Assembly (NCBI GenBank): GCA_024679065.1
Contig: JAGIQG010000008.1
Span: 124,124,001 to 124,188,000, forward strand
Direction: 5' to 3'
Length of the DNA: 64,000 nt
From: Sphyrna mokarran
Lineage: Eukaryota
Positions 1-13,174 of the stretch are shown here, piece by piece. Positions within the stretch are counted from its first letter, which is position 1. Every line of letters starts with the position of its first letter. The notes under the pieces were generated by a model. It worked only from the letters and a program-made list of their open reading frames with translations, was not told the DNA's origin and ran no database searches. The translations under genes were made by a program, and so were the position numbers.

Positions 1-479
1 TGTTCTAAGACACTCCACCTCAGTGTTAACCACCCATCCAATCTTTGTGTCATCCACAAACTTACCAATCCTCCCACATAATCATCAATGTCATTTATAT
101 AAATGACAAATAATAGGAGTTCAATATAGATTCCAATGGCACACCACTGGACACTGGCTTCTGGTCATTAAAGCAGCCTTCTTTCATCACCCTTTGGAGC
201 TCGTGATGTTCCTACCTTGTAATAAAGGGGCTAAAATATAAATGAAGAGTAGGTAATTGGAATTAGTATTCCACTCCTGTCTAAGTTATCTTGCACATGA
301 TGAACATAGAAACTTTTTGCTGACACTCATTCGGACAAATGCAAGAATGCCAGACTTCAAACAATCACCAAAATAATACAAGGATGCTGATTGATTGGCT
401 GGTCAACTCTGATGGTGCAGGTGTTGCTATAGGAAGAACGAGAGGAAACCATGGGATCTCCAAGCTCTCAGCTAATTCA

Positions 480-700
480 GAAATGCACAGGGTTGAACAT
501 ATTCCTTCTGTTTTCACTGAATAGGCCCCTGCGTACAAATGTATGTTACTAAAGCAAGCAGAATGGAGTCATGTTATAAGCTCAAATGATGTGAATTGGC
601 TGTTAGTGGAGCTATTACACTCTCAGAATTCTTCAGCAGGTGCTGCCTAATTGTGAAATCACATCTAAGAGCAGACACGTGTAGGCTGTTCAGAATGTAG
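480..700 (-). mobile_element. Degenerate Penelope-like GIY-YIG C-terminal fragment
   Basis: Minus-strand reading CDFTIRQHLLKN...TYICTQGPIQ*KQKEYV with frameshifts. Confidence 0.5.
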
Positions 701-1254
701 GCCGGACTCATTCAGCCCACACATGCAAAACCCAAAACAAAATCTCTACTGCTGGAGATGATTCACAATTGTCCAGTGTAAGCAGACTTCTCAAAGTTTC
801 TCAACAACCTATACAGCACACATCTGGAAAGTGATAGAACTTTACTGTCAAGAATTTCATTAGGATCCAGAACAAAGCAGTTTAGTTGACCAGTGCTTTG
901 TGCAACTGAATAAACAACCACTTTTTCTGTCACAATTTTATCTGGGCTGCAGTAGGTAGAACTTCCAGAAAGCTCTTCAACAATTCACTTTTTTTTGGAA
1001 ATACATCTTTGGAAATACTTCTCAAATCCACAACATTCATCAACAAAAAGTTAAAGATAGCAAGGACCACCACTTCTAAGTTTCCTTCCAAAATAAGACC
1101 ATTGTGATATAGATATAAATCATCTTTCCTTCATCAGTTTAAAATCCTGGAAAAACCCGCCAATCAGCATTATGAGAACACCTTCGCACAACTGAGTGTA
1201 GCAGTTCGAGAAGGTCAGGAAATCTTCACCCTGAGAATTTATGACACATGATTA

Positions 1255-2275
1255 GAATGTTTGCAGATGACAGCAAGATGGGTGGCATAGTGGACAGTGA
1301 AGAAGTTTATCTAGGATTGCAATAGGATCTTAGAACATAGATCTTAGAACATAGAACACAGAACACTACAGTACAAACAGGCCGTTCGACCACAAGTTGC
1401 ACTGATCATATCCCTACCTACTGGGCCTATCCATAACCCTCAAGCCCATTAGATCATTAATCAATTAGGCTAGTGGACTAATGAATGACAGATGAGTTTA
1501 GCTTAGATAACTGCAAGGTGATGCATTTTGGAAGACTGAACCAGGGCAAGACTTACTCAGTTAATGGTAAGAGTTATAGAATAAAGAGATCTAGGGGTAC
1601 AGGTTCATAACTCCTTGAAAGTGGAATCACAGGTGGCTAGGATGGTGAAGGAGGCAGTCAACATGGTTTCATTGGTCAGAACATTGAATACAGGAGTTGG
1701 GACATCTTGTTAAAGTTGCACAAGATATTAATAAGGCAACGCTTGGAATACTATGTACATTTCTGGTCACTCCAGTATAGAAAGGATATTATTAAATGAG
1801 AAAGAGTGCAGAAAAGATTTACTAGGATGCTACCAGGACTTGATGGTTTGAGTTATAAAGAGAGGCTAGATAGACCCTCTTTATTTTTTTCCCTGGAGCA
1901 TAGAAGGCTGAGGGGTGATCTTATAGAGGTCTATAAAATAATGAGGAACACAGATCAGCTAAATAATCAACATCTTTTCCCAAAGGAGTCTAAAACTACA
2001 GGGCATAGGTTTAAGATGAGAGGGGAGAGGTACAATTGGGCACAAGAGGGCAATCTTTTCACACATAAGGTGGTGAGTGTCTGGAACGAGCTGCCAGAGG
2101 TAGTAGTAGAGACGGGTACAATTTTGTCTTTTAAAAAGCATTTAAAAGTTCCATGGGTAAGATGGATATAGTGGGATATGGGCCAAACATGGGCAATTGT
2201 GACTAGTTTAATGGTTAAAAAGTGGGTAGCATCGACAAGTTTGGCCTGTTTCCATGCTGCAAAGCTCTATGACTC
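1255..2275 (+). mobile_element. CR1-clade LINE 3' fragment (old), interrupted near 1330-1450 by a minus-strand LINE tail
   Basis: FADD-type RT motif, [14 protein letters not shown]...[12 protein letters not shown], multiple stops. Confidence 0.85.
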
Positions 2276-2469
2276 TAAAGTCCTTCTCGACAATTGGGAA
2301 ATGGCAAAGTCCTTCTCTTTGTTTGTATATAAGAAACAATGCTTTGTCACCAACACCCATGGCCTAAGGATTTTTTAAAATCTAACTGTACTCACTAAAT
2401 TATTTCACAGCCTCTGCTTTAATATGAACAGACTACAGTTACTGTCCAGTATAACTCTGGTGACAAAAA

Positions 2470-4350
2470 CGGTCGAGGAAGGGCGAGCCGTTGATGTTAT
2501 CTATTTTAGTAAGGTGTTTGACAAAGTCCTTCATGGAGGTTAGTTGAAAAGGTCAAGGCTCATGGGATACAAGGACAGGTAGCTAGATGGATAAGTAACT
2601 GGCTTGGTAATAGAAATGATGTAGAGATGCCTGCGATGGACTGGGGTAGTAAGAACTCAGTAAGAATTTAGCAACACTAATTTTAAATCCAACCGATTTA
2701 TTTGATAGTAAATTTGCGAGCTTTCAACACTCTGCGTCTTTGTCAGGCAAATGCCTGACAAAGACACAGAGTGTCAAAAGCTCGCAAATTTACTATCAAA
2801 TAAATCGGTTGGATTTAAAATTGGTGTTGCTAAATTCTTACTTGGTAATAGGAGACAGAGAGTAATAGTGGAAGGGTGTTTCTCTAGCTGGAGGTCGGTC
2901 ACTAGTGGTGTGCCACAGGGCACAGTACTGGAACCTCTTCTATTTGTAATATATATATATGACTTGGAAGAGGGAGTAAGTGGAGTGATCAGTAAGTTTG
3001 CAGACGATACAAAGATGGCTGGACTTGAGGATAGTGAGGAGCATTGTCAGGCAATACAGCAGGACATAGCTAGGCTGGTAGCTTGGGCAGACAGATGGCA
3101 GATGGAATTCAATCCTGATAAATGCGAGGTGATGCATTTCGGGAGAAAGAATGTAGTGGGGAGGTATATGATAAAGGGTAGACCTATTAAGAGTGTAGAA
3201 ATGCAGAGGGACCTGGGGATGCAGGTGCACAAGTCTCTGAAGGTGGCAGAGCAGGTGGAGAAGGTTGTGAAGAAAGCATATGGTATGCTAGTCTTTATAG
3301 GAAGGGGTACAGAGTACAAGAGCTGGGCTTTAATGTTGCAGTTGTATAAAACGTTGGTTAGACCTCATTTGGAATACTGCGTCCAGTTCTGGTCGCCTTA
3401 CTACCGGAAGGACATGGAGACTGGAGAGAGTGCAGAGGAGGTTTACCAGGATGCTGCCTGGTATGGAAGGTCTGAGTTACGAGGAGAGGTTAGGCAAATT
3501 GGGGCTGTTTTCCTTAGAAAGACTTAGACTTAGAAGAAATCTAATAGAGGTGTACAAGATTATGAGGGTATAGATAAACAGGGTTAAGCTTTTTCCTAGG
3601 ATGGACTCAAATAGCACGAGGGGTCACGGGCTTAGGATGAGGGGGGTAAGGTATAATTTGGATGCTAGAGGGAGTTTTTTCACACAGAGGGTGGTGGGGG
3701 TATGGAATGCGCTGCCAAGTAAAGTGGTGGAGGCAGGTACTCTGGAGTTATTTAAAAAATACTTAGATGGGCACATGAACAGAATGGGAATGGAGGGATA
3801 TAGAAAACTGATTTAAAATAGGGATCATGAGCCTTGGGAGTCCCTGGGAAATGTGTAAATAGATGATATATTGATGTACTTGTCATTATCCTACAGGTGC
3901 TTTGGTTCACCTTGTTGTCTAACGAGGGGCATACATGCGATGGGTCGTGAGAGGGCTGCTCTTGGATTTTTTTTCGAGTATTCTAGTGCTTCACGTCATT
4001 AGTGTACGCTTGACCTGGACCATTTGATGGGCAACACGACAGCTCAGTGACTATTGCTGTGCTGTGCAGATACATGGATTTGGGCCTGTGTCTGTGGGAG
4101 TTTGCACATTCTCCCCGTGCTTGCGTGGGTTTTCTCCGGGCGCTCCGGTTTCCTCTCACATCCCAAAGATGTGCTCTTAGGCTAACTGGTGAAACAAATT
4201 CTCCCTAAATTGTCTCAAATTTGGTTTTTAATCCATAGATCTATAAACATGGACAGGGATCACGGGTAGAGGTGGGAACATCGGGGTGGCGGCGCGGGCT
4301 CGTTGGGCCGAAGGGCCTGTTTCCTGCGCTGTTTTGTTCTTTGTTCTTTA
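2470..4350 (+). mobile_element. CR1-clade LINE with a long 3' UTR containing a V-SINE-like core; (TTCTTTG)n tail
   Basis: ORF 2751-3527 has [30 protein letters not shown]. 3' UTR runs about 3817-4350 and matches the minus copy at 40457-41318. Confidence 0.9.
2614..2840. mobile_element. Penelope-terminus-derived palindromic insertion
   Basis: 90-bp inverted arms 2660-2749 and 2752-2841; 11-bp duplication cttggtaatag at 2603-2613 and 2841-2851; homologous to the ends of the element at 43587-45115. Confidence 0.75.
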
Positions 4351-5027
4351 TACAGAGAACATGCTGCACAAATCTAACGCTATCTTGTTTCTGTTTCCTG
4401 TTTGTATTTGAGCAAACACAGCATCAGTACATTAAACAATAGCATTATCAAGATGTCCAATTACAACATTGGACAATTGCTTAGCCAATAAGTGTACTCA
4501 TTAGTGATAACTGCTGTTTTCAGGCTTAAAGCCCAGCTGTGTTTTGATGAGCTGCAATGAAGCAGAACAGCCCAGATAGAGGCAACTGCGGAAAGCAGGG
4601 ACTGTCCCTGGGCACCAGTGGCTGGAATCAGCATTCATCTCATTACTAATAACTCACATTCAGATAGAGAGGGCACTAAATATTCCTAGCAATCCAATTC
4701 ACAAAACAAAAACCTTCTGGAGCTGAGTAAACATAGAAACAATTAAAATCAATGCATTAACTCTGTGAATTAACTTTGTGAATATTCATAATTGCAGCAG
4801 AGAAGCTGAACATGATACAACTAAAGGGGAGAATTTGCATTTCAATTCATAAAATGATTTATTTTTAAATTAGTCCCAAATGTTGGAATCATAGAAACGA
4901 TACAGCACAAGAGGCCCATTTGGCCCATCTTGTTCATGTCGACTCAAAGACACCTAGGTGCCATTTCTAATCCCAGCTTCCCGCATCCAGCCCACAGCAC
5001 TTACAGTGCAAATCCAGGTATCTTTTT

Positions 5028-5390
5028 AGAACAGAGAACATAGAACATAGAACAATACAGCACAGAACAGGCCCTTCGGCCTTCGATGTTGTGCCGACCA
5101 AAATAAAAAGCAATGCCCCTCCAAACTAAACCATTCCCTTCTCTTCCATATACTTATCAATTAACCTCTTAAACGCCACCAAACTTGGCGCATCTACACC
5201 AGCTGCAGGCAGGGCATTCCACTCCCTAATCACTCTTTGAGAAAAGAACCTACCTCTGATATCCGTCCTATAACTCATACCCCTTAATTTAAAGCTGTGT
5301 CCCCTCGTGCTAGCTTTCTCCATCCTAGGAAAAAGGCTATCACTGTCCACCCTATCTAAACCTCTAATCATCTTATATGCTTCAATAAGA
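5028..5390 (-). mobile_element. Young CR1 LINE 3' end
   Basis: (GTTCTAT)n tail; [27 protein letters not shown] peptide. Confidence 0.9.
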
Positions 5391-6449
5391 TAAATAAGAT
5401 CAATAAGATTTTCCTTCCAATTGTGTTCATTTGGAAAGCTAGTGCAGACTGGATGGGTCAAATGGCCTCTTTCTGCACTCGAGGGATTCCATGATTCTAC
5501 TGGCACAGAATTGGCAATCAGAGACAGATTTATGGTGATAGGTTAAAAAAAAAGGCTGCTTGCAAAACAGGCTAGATTTTACACTCCCGAATCAGTGGAA
5601 TTGAAGAAGGTCAGAGATTGGAGGATGTATAATCCAAGGAGGGACTGTCCCTATTCCTGCTGAATCGGACAATTAATGCCTACCTAAGCGTCTCACCCTG
5701 CCACTGCCCTCAGGATTTAGTTGGTAGCAACAGAGGCCCATGCCAAGCACCAAGTCTGCTGGTGGTGGTTGAGGTCCATCTTTAACTATCCTTGCCTCAT
5801 CAATTATCTCCCCACATGATCTCTCAAACCTAGACTCCCACCTCCGCGCTAGCCAGGACCTGCCAGCTTAACATTCAATGAAACCTGCAACACCTACAAC
5901 GTGATTGCGCACAGTTTGCTTCCTCCAGCCTCGAGTACAGTACCAGCAGCAGCCACCACCCCAAGTGGAGCAGCTGAGCTGTGACTGGCCAGCAGCTCAT
6001 CCAGGGTGGGACATCCTGCCTCTTGGGGGACAGAAACCCACCTCCAGACAGTTAATGGCCAGGGAATGCCACCCTTTGGCTGGCAGGCTCCCAGACACCT
6101 TTTAGCAGAGACGACAATGTCCCATCGAATTCAGCCAAATGTTTTTTCACACAGGATGTTACTGTCACCTGAATCTACTGCCTGAAAAGGGGTGGAATGA
6201 GGCTCAGAATAATATTTAAAAGGGTATTGGCTGAACACTTGAAAGGAATAGATTGGCAAGGCTCTAGAAAAGAATAGTGGAGATATATATATAGGAGAAT
6301 TCTCTCAAAAAGAAAGGCAGAATGGGCCAATGCTGTGCTGTAATATTCTATGATTCAATGGTTTTAACTAGTCATGTCAATAGAGTGCATCATTTTATTT
6401 AAAATTCTCATTAATGAGTGAATACTTTATAACATATTGTTATATAATA

Positions 6450-7180
6450 TTTGTCAAGGGCAGGTTGTGCCTTATGAGCCTAGTGGAGTTCTTTGAAAAT
6501 GTGACTGAACACATTGATGAAGGAAGAGCGGTGGATGTGGTTTACATGGATTTCAGCAAGGCGTTTGATAAGGTCCCCCATGCAAGACTGAGGAACTGAG
6601 TTTAGGAGTCAGGAGGTAATGCTGCAACTTTATAAGATCCTTGTCAGACCCCACTTGGAGTACTGTGCGCAGTTCTGAACGACCAGGAAGGATGTGGAAG
6701 GTATTGAGAGGGTGCAGAGAAGATTTACAAAGATGTTGCCTGGATTGGGAGGCATGCCTTATGAAAACAAGTTGAGGGAACTAGGTTTCTTCTCCCTGGA
6801 GAGACAAAGGTTGAGAGGTGACCTGAGAGAGGTTTATTAAATGTTGACAGGAATAGATAGGGTGGATTCTCAGAGGCTATTCCCCAGAGCTGAAATGGTC
6901 ACTATGAGAGGACACAGGCTTAAGGTGCTGGGGAGCAAGTACAGAGGAGATGTTAGGGGTAAGTTTTTCACTCAGAGGGTGGTGAGTGAACGGAATCGGC
7001 TGCCATCAGTGGTGGTACAGGTGAACTCACTGGGGTCTTTTAAGAGACTTCTGGATGAGTACATTCAATTAAATAGGATTGGGAGTTACAGATAGTTCTA
7101 TGGCCTGGTAGGTATGGATATGATTGGCGCAACTTGTGGCCGAAGGGTCTGTTTGTGTTGTAGTGTTCTATGTTCTATGT
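6450..7180 (+). mobile_element. CR1 LINE fragment with internal deletion
   Basis: [18 protein letters not shown] joined directly to the ORF2 C-terminal region; (GTTCTAT)n tail. Confidence 0.85.
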
Positions 7181-7498
7181 TAATATTGAAATGCAAGGAT
7201 TAAGGTACCAGACAGCATCTATTTTTGATTTTGATTCTGAATCAAATGTATTCTTGGCAAATAGTTCCATGTTGACCGGAAATATTTCAGTAATGGGAGA
7301 GTAGAAATGTGAGCTAAACACTTTCCCCGAGAATCAAGGAAAGAGTAAATGCCAACACGTTTGTCTGACAGAGGAGTCTTCATTTTTGAAATCAAATGTT
7401 TCTGGACAAGTCCTGACTACAAAATTTGGGAAATTCACTTGCTAGTTTTACATGATAATGGCAGAGCAAAAACAGCGACACAAAATACTGATACCTAC

Positions 7499-7565
7499 CA
7501 GCATTCTTTAAGTGTGCAGTAACTACCTCACTGTCCATTTCCTCAATGACAAGGTAATTGTTTAC
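7499..7565 (-). CDS. IFTAP: IFTAP/NWC coding exon 3 (67 nt)
   Basis: Acceptor ttaatttatttaag|, donor CTG|gtaggt. Phase-0 translation VNNYLVIEEMDSEVVTAHLKNA resembles mammalian VDNFLDLEDLDMDEE. Confidence 0.8.
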
Positions 7566-7694
7566 CTTAAATAAATTAAAAGACAAGAAAGTGAACAGAA
7601 ATTCTTCAATCGTTAACATCTTCAAAACTAAACTTGTGAAATTTATTTGTTACTTATAGATATTTATCTGGCTGTCCAATACCACATACCATAC

Positions 7695-7915
7695 TATCAC
7701 AGAATCCTCACAGTGCAGAAGAGGCCATCTAACCTACACATCTTGGGCAATTTAGCCAACCTGTACATCTTTGGACTGTGGGAAGAAACTGGAGCACCCA
7801 GAGGAAACCCATGCAAACATGGGGAGAACAAGCAAACTTCACACAGACAGTGACCCAAGCCAGGAATCGAACCCAGGTCCCTGGCATTGTGAGACAGCAG
7901 GGCTAAACACTGTGT
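7695..7915 (-). mobile_element. HE1/V-SINE-type tRNA-derived SINE
   Basis: B-box ggttcgattcc and core tgtgtgaagtttgc...ggtgctccagtttcttcccacagtccaaaga on the minus strand. Confidence 0.8.
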
Positions 7916-8639
7916 TGCTATATTCCCCTAGATCTAACAATGGAAAGTTTAAAACATTGAGAGAAAGCCAAACAAGAAGCATAGTTACATTTCCTGATGA
8001 GGTAACTATTGCAACAATATGATATTCCCTGAAGCAAAGGGAGAAAGAAGTCATTTCCAAATGCTCTTCTCAATAATGGATTAATTAATGTCAAAATAGA
8101 ATTACTCATTCCAAATCTGATCCTGGGGATGGGGAGAAATTGAAGATGTATACCTGTGTCGAGAACACTGGGAAATAGCAGAAATCCTGGTGACCTTGCC
8201 TCCTGTCTACCTGTGTTTTCCAAACCGCAACCATTAAATTTAAATTCTTCCTAAACTCTGAGGAACAGAGCCTAATTTAAATACTCCAATGAATGTTGTG
8301 TCTCTCCTGGTCGGGATACTGAGATGTTTGCCATGGTTAGACTAGAACAGGTGCGTTCTTAGCCGTTCAGGTCAGTTCCACAGTTTGACCAATTTAACTC
8401 TCAATCATTCATCATGTTGGGGTTTAAAATTAATTCTCCACTCTGTGCATTAGAGCTCTTAACTAAACAGAAATGAGAAGAAAGAACTTCCAAATTGATA
8501 ATGATCATATATAAATGTTTAACATGCTTGGGCCATGTTGCGGGGTGATGTACTGGACAGGATTGCAGCATGGAGTAAACTTGTTCAGATCTGAACATTA
8601 ATCGATCACACTTGGGCTCAATCCCAAGATCGACACACG

Positions 8640-8948
8640 TGCAGCACAGTGGTTAGCACTGCTGCCTCACGGCACCAGGGACCTAGGTTCAACTCTGGCA
8701 GTGTGGAGTTTGCACATTCTTCCCATGACTGCATGGGTTTCCTCCGAGTACTCTGGTTTCCTCCTAGTACTCTGGAAATTCCAAAGATGTGCAGGTTAGG
8801 TGGATTGGCCATGCTAAATTGCCCCTTAACATTGGGGGAATTAGCGGGGTAAATGCAGATAAGGCCTGGATGGGAATGTTGTCAATGTAGGCTCAATGGG
8901 CTGAATGGCCTTCTTTTGCACTGTAGAGATTCTATAGTTCTGTTCTAT
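8640..8948 (+). mobile_element. HE1/V-SINE-type SINE
   Basis: Head cacagtggttagcactgctgcctcac, core gtgtggagtttgcacattct, tail cactgtagagattctat. Confidence 0.85.
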
Positions 8949-10529
8949 GAAGGAGATGTTTTCTAATTTTTTAAAAGTACTTAATTCACACGAATAATAC
9001 AGTCTGAATCATGACTTTCTGTCCATCTTCTCAATGTTTTATTTAAAATCATTACGTATTTGATAATCTTGAAGCAGTCTAATACACAGCAGGAAGATGC
9101 TAATATCTTACTGTCTGAAAACCAGGGAGTTTGAATGTAAAAATGTCAATCTGCCAATGAGGGTGGGGGAGGCAGATTTAAATTATCAATTTCAAAAGGG
9201 ATAACATCTGAAGGAAAAATAAATGCAAGGCTCTGAGGAACAGGCAGGGAGCTAATCCAGTTAAAAGGTTTCTGCAGAGTGCCAGTAAGAACGCAACAGG
9301 CAAAATGCCCTCCTGCTGTGTTATAACCGTTCTAACTATTCTGTTTACTTTCACTGTCCGCTTAATCTACCGAAACAACACACTCTGGACAGATAGCAGG
9401 TAATAGACTCTGCCTGTAGGAGGCATACCTAAATCAGCAAAGCTTTGCATGTTTTTTCAACACAAATGCTGAACAAGCAGCCTTAGAGGCAGCTTGTCCT
9501 GGGAAAAGAGAATGGAAATTTTCAATCAGCAAGAAACTGATGAAATGGCCCATTTGGCAAGGTGATTGGAATCTGGCAATCAGCTTCCTTTGTGACTTGC
9601 ACTTTCCCACATTGTTTCATTTCAGGTTTACAATGTTAAACATCACATTGTCAGAAAAATACAATTATAAAAGTGAATAGAAAAGCATAACTTCACATTT
9701 TTCTACAGTCTTCATCAAGTACACAAAATGTTATTTAATTTTATAAATACATTTATCATACTGCTAAGATGAAGTACAATAACTAATATATTCTGTGTGA
9801 AACAAAAGAAAAGAAATGCTCTCTGTTCACTCGACCATAAGCACGTTAACAACTTGCTTTGGTTAGCACAAACAGGAAACATTTGCTACGAGTAACACCT
9901 GGTGTCCACCAGCTGGCATGGACAAAATGGGATGAATGACCTCCTTCTGTGCTATAACTTTTAGTGTTATAAACTATAACACTAGTATATAGTGTTTATA
10001 TACTAAACACAGTTTAGTATATAAACAAATTAAAATATCACAAAGTCTGAACACAGACGTAACAGTATTTCACCTGGACTGCCACCCAAGTCTGTTGGGA
10101 GAGTTTTTCTGAGAGTGGGTGAGGGTCCATGTCTATCGGTGGAAGGAGGGGTTCTACATCAGTTGGGGTGTTCTATGTCCATGGGAAGCTCCTGTTTTTT
10201 TTCGTCCTGTTCTTGTGGACAGGACATATTTAGGCAATTTTTTACTTTTTCAAGTGGATGCGAGAGTTACTGATGTGCTAAGTGAATATTTCAAGTTTAA
10301 GTCTATTTTTGATCTCCCTTTTAAAATGAACTATCATCTTTCCAGTTTCTAGAAGCTTTTAACAGGGACATGCAACTCTTACCTCATTTATGATAAGGTT
10401 TTTTAGTGAAATATATTTAATAAGAATACCAGCTCCCCATGATCTTGAGATCATTCACTAACAATGGAAGTTGAAATGTGACTTTTGCCAAATACAAATA
10501 CAGGTTAAACCAAAACAGTTTAAAATATA

Positions 10530-10745
10530 ACCGCAATTGGGCAGAGCCATACCAAGCTCTGATACAACCAGAAAGAACACTTTGTATGATGCATCTGTAA
10601 AAGTTAGTGAGAGTCTTTGCTGACATATCAAATTTCCTTCATCTTCTGAGAAAGTAGAGGCATTGATGGGCTTTCTTAACTATAGTGTGGGCATAGGGGG
10701 ACTAAGACATGTTATTGGTGATCTGGAAACCTAAAACCTTGAAGC
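10530..10745 (-). mobile_element. Rex1/Babar-like LINE fragment
   Basis: Peptide KTLTNFYRCIIQSVLSGCIRAWYGS. Confidence 0.65.
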
Positions 10746-11089
10746 AAAAAGGAGAAGCAGGTGGCATTTATATGTCTCCATTCAATATCGTTGAGTACAA
10801 TAACTTTAGATTTTTTATGCAGAAAGGCAATACTTTGGTATTCATGAGGAATGTATGAGAAAGCTCAGACTTACGTTGGAGGCTCCTGAAAGGACAGTTG
10901 CACTTTTACATTTATGGCTGATTTAAGTTTACCAAAACACTCTTCTGAGATTAAAACAGCTAACAATATTTGCATATGTTGCATCCTTCATAATGATAGA
11001 ATCATCATAATTGATGCAAAATCAGTGGGTCTGCCCACCTACTCTTCAAATGTGTGCTGTAAACCTCTTGTTTCCATGTTGTAAACTTC

Positions 11090-12194
11090 TGCGACTCTAT
11101 TTATAGAAAGGATATTATTAAACTGGAAAGAGTGCAGAAAAGATTTGCTAGGATGTTGCCAGGATTTGACGGCTTGACTTGTAAGGAGAAGCTGGATAGA
11201 CTGGGATGTTTTTCCCTGGAGAGTCAGAGGTTTAGGGGTAATCTTATAGATGTCTATAAAATAATGAGGGTACAGATCAGCTAGATAGTTAATATCTTTT
11301 CCCAAAGGTGAGGAGAGTCTAAAACTGGAGGGCATAGGTTCAAGGTGAGAAGGAAGAGATACAAAAGTTTGTGAACGTAGCCCAATCCATCACACATCCA
11401 TTAACTCTGTCTACACTTCCCGCTGCCTCGGCAAAGCAGCTAGCATAATTATGGACTCCACGCACCCCGGACATTCTCTCTCCCACCTTCTTCCTTCGGG
11501 AAAAAGATACAAAAGTCTGAGGTCACATATCAACAGGATGTTGCCTGGTATGGTGGGAAGGTCTTATGAGGAAAGGCTGAGGGACTTAAGATTACTTTTG
11601 TTAGAGAGAAGGTTAAGAGGTGACCTAATTGAGACATATAAGATGATCAGAAGGTTAGATAGGGTGGATAGTGAGAGCCTTTTTCCTCAGATGGTGATGG
11701 CTAACACAAGGGGACACAGCTTTAAATTGAAGGATGGTAATTATAGGACGGATGTCAGAGGTAGGTTCTTTAATCAGAGAGCAGTAAGAACATGGAATGC
11801 CCTGCCTGCAGCAGTTGTGGACTGGCCAACTTCAAGGGCGTTCAAATGGTCAGTGGATAGGCATATGGATAATATTGGAATAGGTTAGGTTAGAGGGTCA
11901 TTAGATTGGTTCCACTGGTCAGCACAACATCGAGGGCCGAAGGGCCTGTACTGCGCTGTAATGTTCTATGTTCTATGATTCAAGAACAGCTTGTTCCCTG
12001 CTGCTGTTAGACCTTTGAATGGACTTACCTCGCATTAGGCTGATATTTCTCTACATCTTAGCTACGACTGTAACATTACATTCTGCACTCTCTCGCTTCC
12101 TTCCCTATGAATGGTATGCTTTGTCTGTACAGCACGCAAGAAACAATATTGTCACTATGTTAATACATGTGACAATAATGAATCAAATCAAATC
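11090..12194 (+). mobile_element. Nested cluster: CR1 fragment (about 11090-11370), then a Rex1-like 3' end (about 11370-12194) interrupted by a CR1 3' end (about 11533-11977)
   Basis: HPGHSLSHLLPSGKRYKSLRSHINR resumes as FKNSLFPAAVR after the CR1 insert; (AAATC)n tail at 12180-12194. Confidence 0.75.
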
Positions 12195-12207
12195 TTTCCA
12201 AACTTAC

Positions 12208-12347
12208 CTCTTGGTCAGTTTTAGGTGATTTTCCTCCTTCCAGTACTGAATTTTCTGACCATTCCCTCTGACTGAGTTTGTTTTCATTAGAACCTTCCGC
12301 TTTGGTGCCAAGTTCAGGCGGCAACACCTTCTGCTTCTCCAGATTCT
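12208..12347 (-). CDS. IFTAP: IFTAP/NWC coding exon 2 (140 nt)
   Basis: Acceptor cactttctttcag|, donor GAG|gtaagt. Open in phase 1 to phase 0: (E)NLEKQKVLPPELGTKAEGSNENKLSQREWSENSVLEGGKSPKTDQE. Phases match both neighbouring exons. Confidence 0.75.
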
Positions 12348-13174
12348 CTGAAAGAAAGTGCAAGCTCATCACTCCATTTACACAGGTAACCATTAGTGAG
12401 AACCATCAGTGATACTCTTGTTTACAAATTAACTCCAGAAACCTGAGTACGAACCTGCAACTAGAAGTGGCAGAGCATCTTTCACTGAATGACACATCTG
12501 AAGAGTACGTGGGCAAATTCGCAGGATCTGGATCATTATGAAGGGTGTGTTTTTCAAACAGCAATTATTTTCAAACTCAAGTAGTAACTTTTAGAAAATA
12601 CCAGAGGAGTGCTGAAAGTTGTTCTGCAATATGGGACAAATCCTGCAATCTTTTAGAAATAAACTCAAGAGGTAATTACAAATAGAATATCTTTTGATTT
12701 TACTGAGAGGCTCTCTCTTGTTGGTATCTTACTTATTATCCCACCTATTTCAGTGTCATTTGCAAATTTCACTCTGGTGCCTAGTATCTCTGTATCCAAC
12801 TCATTAACATCAATCGTAAATAGTTTGGGCCCAAGAAGTGAACCCTGTGGCAGCCCACTGGTTATATCTTGCCATTCAGCCATTGGACGGATTTTACAGC
12901 CTTACTCAGGCGTGATCGTAAAATCCCATCCAAGGCCAATAGAGATTTCTGTTCTGGGAACCACCCCGGAGAGGGAGAGTTTCAACATTGTGTCCATACT
13001 GGCCTAAAAATAGATGCTTATTTTAATTCCACATTCAGATGTTTCTGAGCTACACAAGATTTAGTGCCCAGCATAACTCGGTCCATCACCAGAAAACGTT
13101 ACAAGATGCTGCTTCAGGCAGGAGTCATTAAAACCATGTTTCTTGAGATACTGAAGGCAATATGTGGGCAACAT

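Noticed and set aside
4674-4714. Perfect nonamer ACAAAAACC (4706-4714) as part of an RSS
   Set aside because: No CAC heptamer at 12 or 23 bp; the nearest CAC word at a plausible distance (cactaaa) has a 25-bp spacer and a poor match.
1-7498. Remaining 3' IFTAP exons
   Set aside because: No minus-strand segment resembling the expected LLLPGEVE or FSLDEEFDYD motifs was found by eye; they probably lie outside the window.
10875-10885. 11-nt IFTAP micro-exon (ctttcag|GAGCCTCCAAC|gtaagt, minus strand)
   Set aside because: It would shift the frame between two exons that already join in phase 0, and there is no other support.
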